Assembly (NCBI GenBank): GCA_051251855.1
Contig: JBPOGI010000005.1
Location: 224,001-288,000, forward strand
Source of the DNA: Roseibacillus sp.
GTDB lineage: Bacteria > Verrucomicrobiota > Verrucomicrobiia > Verrucomicrobiales > Akkermansiaceae
Direction: 5' to 3'
Length of the DNA: 64,000 nt
Under the pieces are notes generated by a model. It saw only the letters and a list, made by a program, of their open reading frames with translations, had not been told where the DNA came from and searched no databases. Positions 10,218-18,000 of this stretch are shown piece by piece. How positions within the stretch are numbered: the first letter of the stretch is position 1; each line of letters starts with the position of its first letter. Both the position numbers and the translations under genes were made by a program.

Positions 10218-10412
10218 TTAGAGAGGAAAGGTGATGGTGAGAACCAGTGCCGCCGCTAGGGCGACACCAGTATTAACCACTAATCACCAACCAACAGATT
10301 CCGGTAGAAAAGACGCTTTGCACAGACTGCCAAGCCATGGCTGCCAAGGAGTTCTAAAAGAAGAGAGGCTGCTTTTCTCTAGAGGAGATTCGTTTAGATT
10401 TTCACTTTCCAA
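10218..10412 (-). pseudogene. Possible small membrane-protein gene interrupted by an in-frame TGA (10284-10286)
   Basis: Frame from TTG reads LESENLN...PESVGW*LVVNTGVALAAALVLTITFPL*; lies in the gap between GT2 and the adaptor gene on the same strand. Confidence 0.3.
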
Positions 10413-10431
10413 ATAGATTTCTATCCGTTTG

Positions 10432-11460
10432 TTAGGAAGCGAGTTGCGAGATTCCGAGTTGGTTGCGTGACGGGGCTTCTTGACAGGAAACCTCCTCGTC
10501 TACAGGGAGGGTGCGAGGGCGCTGCATGCGCTCGTAGACGCGGTGCTCCATCATGAGACCTTGGTTGACAACGAGAACACCAGTCAGAGCGGTGATGACG
10601 CCGGTGGTGACGAACAAGCTGGCTCCTCCTAAAGTGAAAGTGAGAACGACAGCTACGACGAGTTGAAGGAACCCTAAGCCGACAAGAGCGGCAGCCATCT
10701 TACCTGCGAAATGCATCGGGCAGTCGCGGAAGCGCTTGAGGAAGCTTACGGTGGTCATGTCCATGAGTCCGATAGCGATGCGGCCCCAGCCATACTTGCT
10801 TTCACCGTGGAGGCGTGGGTGGTGCTGGACCACGATTTCGCCCGTCTTGTAGCCGTTGAAAGAAGCGAGGGAGGGAACCATGCGGTGCATGTCGCCGTAC
10901 ATGGGGAGGCTTTTGACCACTTCGCGGCGGTAGGCTTTGAAGCCACAGTTGTGGTCGTGGAGTTTGACGTCAACGAGCTTACTGATAGCAGCATTGAAGA
11001 CGCGGCTCGGAAGAACCTTGTGCCAAGGGTCGTGACGCTTTTTCTTGAAGCCAGAAACGATATCGAAGCCTTCCGCCAACTTTTCGAGGAAGCGAGGAAT
11101 CTCGTTAGGGTCGTCTTGAAGATCTGCGTCCATTGTGAAGACGATGTCACCTTTAGCTTCGCGATAACCGAGGGCGAGGGCATCTGCCTTCCCGCGATTA
11201 TGGCGGAAACGCAGGGAGCGGACATGAGCGCTTTCGCGGCGAGCGAGGGTCTTCATGACATTCCAAGTTGAGTCGGTAGAGCCATCATCAATGAAAATGA
11301 CTTCCCAAGAGGGAGTGAGCTTCTCGGCCTGAGCGCGAATTCCCTGAAAGAGGGTTTCGAGAGTGGCTTCCTCGTTCATTGCGGGGATGATGAAGGTCAA
11401 AGAATCAGCAGTGACGTTGACGTTCGAGGGATGGGACAAGTTGTTTTCTAAGTGAATCAT
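10432..11460 (-). CDS. GT2 polyprenol-phosphate glycosyltransferase (ArnC/DPM1-like)
   Basis: IIPAMNEE, IDDGSTD, FRHNRGKA, MDADLQDDP, DHNCGFKAYR, two C-terminal TMs; start placed at ATG 11460, downstream of the sigma54 promoter, rather than 11712. Confidence 0.92.
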   Translation of the reverse strand: MIHLENNLSHPSNVNVTADSLTFIIPAMNEEATLETLFQGIRAQAEKLTPSWEVIFIDDGSTDSTWNVMKTLARRESAHVRSLRFRHNRGKADALALGYREAKGDIVFTMDADLQDDPNEIPRFLEKLAEGFDIVSGFKKKRHDPWHKVLPSRVFNAAISKLVDVKLHDHNCGFKAYRREVVKSLPMYGDMHRMVPSLASFNGYKTGEIVVQHHPRLHGESKYGWGRIAIGLMDMTTVSFLKRFRDCPMHFAGKMAAALVGLGFLQLVVAVVLTFTLGGASLFVTTGVITALTGVLVVNQGLMMEHRVYERMQRPRTLPVDEEVSCQEAPSRNQLGISQLAS

Positions 11461-11490
11461 TTTGTTTGGAAGTGGTTTCCCCTCGCTCTT

Positions 11491-11506
11491 GGCAATGCTT
11501 GTGCCA
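11491..11506 (-). promoter_or_regulatory. sigma54 -24/-12 promoter for the GT2 operon
   Basis: Minus strand reads TGGCAC-AAGCA-TTGCC (consensus TGGCAC-N5-TTGC), ~30 nt upstream of the GT2 ATG. Confidence 0.85.
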
Positions 11507-11597
11507 GCTTTACTTGGTTGATTTGTAATTATTTGTAATTGAGTGAGTTGCGTCCATAATGGGCAGTGCCAACTTGATGGGCTGAGTCTGGCATCCG

Positions 11598-11641
11598 GTA
11601 AAATTTTCTGTGTTCGGTGACCTTGACCCAGTAAGAAAAAC
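11598..11641. promoter_or_regulatory. Candidate enhancer (UAS) pair for the sigma54 activator
   Basis: GTAAAATTTTC (11598) and GTAAGAAAAAC (11631), similar to boxes at 20137/20168 upstream of the second sigma54 promoter. Confidence 0.4.
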
Positions 11642-11644
11642 AGG

Positions 11645-13147
11645 ATGAATGGAACGACCGTGCCGGTTCGTTGGCTGACTGCTTCCCTCGTGGTGGCGCT
11701 GGCTTCGTGCACGGTGGGTCCTGACTATGAGGCTCCCGAAATTACAGTTCCCGATGCTTGGACGGCTTCTATCAGAAGTGATTTAGGCTCTTCGATTTCG
11801 GGTTCGCAGAACTGGTGGCGAAAGTTTGGTGATGAGGATCTCAATAAGCTCATCTCGAGGGCTCGGGAGGCGAGCCCGAATGTCCGGATTGCTCAGAAGC
11901 GTATCGACCAAGCCTGGTATCAGAGAGGAGTGCTCTCGGCAGCCTTTTATCCCCACGTCGATTTTTCAGCGCGAGATGATTACGGAATGGGGGGATTCAG
12001 CACCAGCGGAGTCAGGCTCGATCCCTTCGAGTCGCACGGGAATTTGACCAAGCTCGACTATGGTTGGGAGTTGGATGTCTTTGGTCGCATCAAGCGGCAG
12101 ACCGAAGCGGCAGAGGCAGAGTGGCAAGCGCGCTATGAAGGCTATCGTGATACCCAGGTCTTTATCACCGCCGAAGTGGCTCTCGATTATATTGCGATGA
12201 GGGCATTGGAAAGTCGTCTTCAGGTAGCGCGGGAATCCACGGCATCTTTCAAGCGAATCTACGACTTGATTGTCATTAGGTATGAGGAGGGAATCTCAGC
12301 TAAGGTTGAAGTTAAGGAAGCTGAGGCGCGTTATCGCACTACGGGAGCGGAAGTGCCTCGGCTGCAGAAGGAGTTGGCGGTGGTTAGGAACAAGTTGGCG
12401 AGCTTGTTGGCAATTCATCCCAATCAGCTCAGCCTGATTGTGAAAGAGGGAGACATTCCTGAGCCACCGGCATCGGTGTCGGTAGGTTTTCCCCTAGAGC
12501 TCTTGCGGTCACGGCCCGATGTTCGAAGGGCGGAGCGCCGCATCGCCAATCAGACTGCGCTTGTAGGGGTAGCAACTGCAGACCTCTACCCTACTCTCTC
12601 TCTCAGCGGGGCGATACGCTACGAGATTTTGGAGCGTGGTTCCGTGATTGAACTTTTGGAGCGCGTGATTGGGCTGGGAGGAAACTTTCGACAACGTATC
12701 TATCATGCTTGTGCGGACCAATACAAAATCGCGGAGCAAAATGAGAAGCTGAACGAGGCGATCATTTTTTACGAGAAGACCATTATTCAGTCTGTGAGGG
12801 AGGTGGAAGATGCTTTGTCGTCCCTGAACTACGAAAGCAAGAGGTTGGAATTGTTGGAAAAAGCCTCGGCCTCGCATAAGGAGACGGCGGAGCTTTTGTT
12901 TGAGAGTTACAAGGCCGGGATGATTGATGTTCGCAGGCTTCTCAATGGTTATCGAGATGCTGCTATCACCGACGATGAACTCTATGCGACCGAAGGACGG
13001 CGAGCGGCGCATGCGGTTCGATTATTCAAAGCCTTGGGTGGAGGCGAGTTGCCGGCGCCCGACAAGTTTCCCGTCGGTAACCAGAATCGCATGCTTCCCA
13101 AAAAGTTCTTCCGCAAGCAAGTGCCCTCCGCGCCTGATGTGAGGTAG
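11645..13147 (+). CDS. Outer-membrane efflux channel lipoprotein (TolC/OprM/NodT family)
   Basis: Lipobox LASC-TVGPDY, WWRKFGD..LNKLI, WELDVFGRIKR, LLRSRPDVRRAE, LFKALGGG. Confidence 0.93.
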   Translation: MNGTTVPVRWLTASLVVALASCTVGPDYEAPEITVPDAWTASIRSDLGSSISGSQNWWRKFGDEDLNKLISRAREASPNVRIAQKRIDQAWYQRGVLSAAFYPHVDFSARDDYGMGGFSTSGVRLDPFESHGNLTKLDYGWELDVFGRIKRQTEAAEAEWQARYEGYRDTQVFITAEVALDYIAMRALESRLQVARESTASFKRIYDLIVIRYEEGISAKVEVKEAEARYRTTGAEVPRLQKELAVVRNKLASLLAIHPNQLSLIVKEGDIPEPPASVSVGFPLELLRSRPDVRRAERRIANQTALVGVATADLYPTLSLSGAIRYEILERGSVIELLERVIGLGGNFRQRIYHACADQYKIAEQNEKLNEAIIFYEKTIIQSVREVEDALSSLNYESKRLELLEKASASHKETAELLFESYKAGMIDVRRLLNGYRDAAITDDELYATEGRRAAHAVRLFKALGGGELPAPDKFPVGNQNRMLPKKFFRKQVPSAPDVR

Positions 13148-13350
13148 AGGCACTTAGGCGAGGGGGGGGGCGCCGACCTCGTTCGAAAAGACCATTGATG
13201 GGGATTTTTTCGCGGTATTCATGCTCATCATGATTTATGATTTTTGAAAGCGACTCTCAGGAAGGGCAACGCTCAAGCCTGGAGGACGCGAACTGAGGAC
13301 AGTTACTCGTCCGGAGCGCGAGTTTGTTTTGAAGGTGAGGGCCGCAGGCT

Positions 13351-13496
13351 CGGGAGAGCGGCTTTGTAAGCCGCTGGGGTTGATCGCGATTCGGAAGGCT
13401 GGGTCAAAGGCTACTGATCCAAGGATTCGAGGATCAGTAGGCCTACCCTCAACTGACCAAGATCCGAGGTAGCGGCTTTTAAAGACCGCTCTCCCG
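13351..13496. repeat. REP/MITE-like element: inverted pair of ~25-bp palindromic units enclosing a hairpin
   Basis: CGGGAGAGCGGCTTTGTAAGCCGCT (13351-13375) vs inverted AGCGGCTTTTAAAGACCGCTCTCCCG (13471-13496); internal stem CTACTGATCC/GGATCAGTAG (13411-13440). Confidence 0.75.
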
Positions 13497-13633
13497 TTTG
13501 CTGCCGCAATATCTTGACCAGTATGCCTAATCTCTAGCCACTCGGCCTAGGCTATCATGGACCACCCCCTTGGGGTTCCTGAGGTCGGTTCTCGATTCAT
13601 TTTACGCTGTCGTTCTGACTCATGTCGTTGTCT

Positions 13634-15037
13634 CTAATCGACAACAACACGGTAAAATTTCTTGCCGGCCAGAGCACCACCCAGGTCGATGAACTGGGCG
13701 TTCGCGTTCGAAGGGGTGTGAGTGAAGGTGGGGGATGGGGGCCAAGTGGATATGTCAGTGGTGGTGTAAATGGCGTAGTTGGCATTCGGGGTGGCCTGCC
13801 ATTGGAGGATTACATTGTTCGCGGAAACTTGGATGGTGAGATTTTCCAACAGTGCAGGGACTGCGGTGCTAAAGAGGTAGGCGGAACCTGAGGAGGGACC
13901 GCCGTCGTCGTCTTGAATCGCTCCAGCAAGAGCGAGGTTGTCCCGAGTTGCCACCGAGTGTCCCATGAAGTCAGCGGTGTTGCCATCGCTCGCGGTGAGG
14001 GTGTTTTGATAGGTGCCATTCGTGTTGAAGACATGGACCGCTCCAGCGTCATTGAGGGAGTTCACTGGGGAACGAAAGGCACCAACGACGATTTGGTTGT
14101 CGATAGCGACGGCGTTTCCAATGCGGTGGAGAGTGGAGCCACCGGCGGGGAGGAGGTCTGCGAGCCAGCTTCCGTTCGAGATTTGAAAAAGGAAGGCGGC
14201 TCCGGAGGACTCGCCTTGTGCGTCGGCTTCCGGGGCACCTACGACGAGCAAGTTGCCTTTTGCTGATAGAGAGGCTCCAAAGACGTCGCCTTCGGTTGGG
14301 TTGGGTGCGGTGAGCTTTTGAAGTTCGTTACCAGTGGTAACGTCGAAGAGATAAACCGAGCCTGCGTCAGCCTCTCCCGAGTGGTCGTCAAAGGAAGACC
14401 CGATACAAGCGTGGCTGCTGGTGAGGGCGACACTGCCGCCGAACTGATCGGCAGGCGCAATGTCATTGGCTTGCAAGCGGTGGAGTTCTGCGAAGGTGCT
14501 TCGGCTGAAGAGGTAGGCTGCTCCCGAATCTTCTGAAGGATTGAGGGCGTCGTTGTCTTCTTGCCAGGCTCCAACTAACACGTGAGTAGAAGAAAGAGCC
14601 ACCGCCTGACCGAACTGGTCGCCATTGGTGGGAGCGCTTGGAAGGAACTTTTTGAGTTCCTGTCCGGTGGTGAGGTCGAACAAGTAAGCGGAGCCTGAGC
14701 CGTTGCCAGGGGCACCAATTAAAACTTGATTGCCTTCCGCTGCCAGTGAGGACCCGAAGAAGTGATTCGCTCCTGCGTCCGAAGCAAGTAGAGTGCGGAG
14801 GTAGGATGAGTCAGACCGTGAGTAAACGTAGACGGCCCCGGCACTGCTCCCTCCTGTATCTTCCCGGTGAGCTCCGACGACGAGGTAGTCCTCGCAAATT
14901 GCTACTGCTTGGCCAAAGCGGTCGAAGGCGCTGGCATCGGGAGCAATCAGCTTAAATTCTTGAGAGGAGGCCTCTCCGTAGCTCACAAGAAGGGAAAAAA
15001 GTGAGCCCAGTATGAGCAATCCAAGGTTTCGTTTCAT
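13634..15037 (-). CDS. Secreted FG-GAP repeat (integrin-alpha-like beta-propeller) protein
   Basis: Signal peptide; seven repeats of FGxxVA...VGA...GAVYLF; C-terminal 'KFYRVV' domain. Confidence 0.9.
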   Translation of the reverse strand: MKRNLGLLILGSLFSLLVSYGEASSQEFKLIAPDASAFDRFGQAVAICEDYLVVGAHREDTGGSSAGAVYVYSRSDSSYLRTLLASDAGANHFFGSSLAAEGNQVLIGAPGNGSGSAYLFDLTTGQELKKFLPSAPTNGDQFGQAVALSSTHVLVGAWQEDNDALNPSEDSGAAYLFSRSTFAELHRLQANDIAPADQFGGSVALTSSHACIGSSFDDHSGEADAGSVYLFDVTTGNELQKLTAPNPTEGDVFGASLSAKGNLLVVGAPEADAQGESSGAAFLFQISNGSWLADLLPAGGSTLHRIGNAVAIDNQIVVGAFRSPVNSLNDAGAVHVFNTNGTYQNTLTASDGNTADFMGHSVATRDNLALAGAIQDDDGGPSSGSAYLFSTAVPALLENLTIQVSANNVILQWQATPNANYAIYTTTDISTWPPSPTFTHTPSNANAQFIDLGGALAGKKFYRVVVD

Positions 15038-15094
15038 TGTTTCTATCTTACGTGATTGTGATACTGGGCTCGACTTTTTACTGACTCCAATTTT

Positions 15095-18000
15095 TTAGTA
15101 GTCTCCGTTTTGGCTGTCGCTGTAGCCATCGTCGCCATCCCAATCGGAGGTGATGTCAGGGCTGCCTTCGCGATAGGCTCCGTTGTGGAAGCTCATGGGG
15201 ACGAGGGCAGGAGTGATACGGATTTGGGCTCCGGAGAAGGTTTCGGTGCTGTTAGCGCCTGCTTCTTCGTTGGCTGCAGCTCTGGTGTAGTCCTCGATGC
15301 AGACCAAGGTGGAGACCTCATTGCTGAAGATGAGGAACTGGTCCTTGGCTTCGGGGTTGGCATTGTTGAGGCTGAAGAGAGGCTGTCTCTTGAGGTCGTC
15401 ACCAGCGCCGCGAGGGGTGTAGCGGTGGGGGTTGCTGTTGAATTTATCGACGGTGTTGTTAGGAATCAGCATCAATCCCAAGTTCTTTCCTGCCAGGCCA
15501 AGGGCAGCGGGATTAATAGTGATTGATTTGCCGGCTCCTGCTTCACGATTGTCGAAGATGAGCTCGGAGAGGTAGCCTGCCACTTGACGGGAAGCCAAAG
15601 TTTCGGGGCTCCAGAGTGAGACTTCGTCGTAGTCGTAGATGGCGAGAGAGAACTCCATCGCGCTGTCGTCGCTCAACAGGTCAAAGGTGACGCTATTGGT
15701 TCCGGCAGGAACGTAGAGCAATTCGGCAGTGGACTCATATTGAGGGTCGTTCATTCCCACTTGTTCCAATATGGAATGAACGCTTGAAGAGTCCACTGCC
15801 TCCTTGTCTGCAACCAATCCAAATTGGGAAGTTCCCAAGGAGGATGGTAAGATTTCCACCATGATGATGACGTCGTTGAAGTCGTTATCGCGTCCGGCAA
15901 AAAGTTGGTCTTCGAAGGCCAAGACGATGGGGTCACCGTCGACTTCCTTAAGCTCGATGTTAGAGGCGCTGAATTCCATTCCGGCAGGGTTCAAGAAAGA
16001 GTCCTGATAGATACGCTTTTCGCCACCATTGCCACCATCCATTACCAATCCAAAGCGGAGTTGGCTGCCGGCAGGAAGAATGCCGAGGCTCACCGAGGAG
16101 CCGGGAATGAGGGGTGCCGTTGGGCCAGTGGCGAAGTTCTTCCAGATAGGCTTCCAAGTTCCTTGGGGGTCTTCGGCATCGTAGTAAGCGAGGGTGTTGT
16201 GATATTCGGCTCCGTCAAAGATGACGGTCACAAAGACTTCGCTGTCCTCTTGGAGGTAGAATTTTTCTTCATCGAAACCACGCTTCTCTTGTTCGAGGGG
16301 AATGCCCTCGGTGTTGCAATTAAGGAGATACTTCACCTCGTTCCAGATGGAGCGAGCCTGTTGGTAAAACTCGGGATAGACACCATATTGGGACAGAATG
16401 TCGACGTTACTGATGTCGAACTCAATGAAGTTGTCTTCCAAGTTGCAAAGAGGGCAGGGGTCGATGGCAGTCGGAATTTCGTCGCCGTCGTCGTCAAAGT
16501 CCTGGAAGTTGAGGATGCCGTCGCCATCTGAGTCGCGGGGGTCCGTTCCGTCAGAACCGGCTTCTTCAGCGTCTGAGAATCCGTCATCGTCAGAGTCGGT
16601 GTCGAGGTAGTCGGGAGTGCCGTCGCCATCGGTGTCGCCAGTTCCTTCCAAGCCATTGGGGATGCCGTCATTGTCTTCGTCGCGGTCATCGAAAGCGTCG
16701 AGATAGTTCGGGTTGCCGTCGCCGTCCTCGTCGCCGAGTCCGTCAGAGGCATCGGTCACGCCATCGTTGTCGGAATCAGTATCGAGGAAGTTAGGTGCTC
16801 CGTCTTGGTCGAAGTCTCCGCTTTGTTCTTCGCTGTCATTGAGCCCGTCACCATCGGCATCGGAGTCCACGTGGTTCGCTTGTCCGTCTTGGTCGATGTC
16901 GAAGACGTCAGGGATGCCGTCGCCGTTACTATCAGTGTAGTCGGTGAGAGAGCCGTCGCCGTTGTCGCCGTCATCACGAGAGTCGGTCCAGTTGCTGATG
17001 CCATCGTTGTCTTCGTCTCCGGTAGGGTTGTAGCCGCTGCCTTCCAATTCGTCATGGACGCCGTCGTTGTCATCGTCGAGGTCGTACTCGTCGTTGATTC
17101 CGTCGCCATCGCTGTCGAGAGCGAGGATAGCATCAGGGCAGATGGTGCCGTCGTTGATGCCTGTCTTGGGTGCGCTAGCCATCCAAGTGACAGCTCCATT
17201 GGTAAGGTTCACGCGGAAGGCTCCGGTGCCCTTGTTGTCGAAACCATAAACAGTTCCGTTAAAGTCGCAGATGAGCGCGCCGAAGGTTTTGCCATTGTTT
17301 CCAAGAATTTTGGTCGCTCCGGTCGAGCGGTCTATCTTGATGAAATCGCCCCTCGAGGTGCTGCCATAAAGAATGCCGTCCACTTTGTTGTAGGCGAGGT
17401 CAATGACTGCTCCTCTGGGCTTAGGGCTGAGCTTTGCCTCGGAGACAACAACCAGGCCATCGACATCGATTCCGTAGATACGTCCGCCACCTGAAACCCA
17501 GTAGAGGTCGTCTTCGGCAAATGTTCCGGCGACGTAGGAGTTGGGCAGTCCAGAGATGAGACCCGCTTTGGCGACACTGCCATCGCTACCGATACGGAGA
17601 AGCTCGGGGCGGTTCTCGCTGCGGTTGAGGCCGTAGATGTAGTTGTTTTTTCCGCGGTAGCCGATGGCGTTGTAGTTGAGACCGTGGTCGGTGTTGCCAA
17701 GGTTGACGAATACGCCGGCATTGACGTCAACGAGAGCCAGTTGGGTCTGTGCGTTGTAAGACTCGAAAGCATAGCCGCTGCAAGTGAAGTTAGGCTGGTA
17801 GTCGCGGTAGTCGGGGATGCCGTCAGCATCGATGTCGTTGAAGAATTCGACGGAGTCTAACAGTCCGTCGTTATCGGAATCGATGTCGAGGTAGTCGGGG
17901 GTTCCGTCATTGTCGGTGTCGGCAGTGAGGGTTTCTTCCTCATTCCACAATCCGTCGTTATCAGAGTCCTCACCGGGGGCGTCGGGGGTGCCGTCGTTGT

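Noticed and set aside
11461..11712. N-terminal extension of the GT2 ORF
   Set aside because: Would overlap the divergent tolC start and run through the sigma54 promoter; homology-like sequence begins after ATG 11460
13162..13170. G9 homopolymer as a phase-variation tract
   Set aside because: Lies downstream of two convergent genes, outside any CDS or promoter
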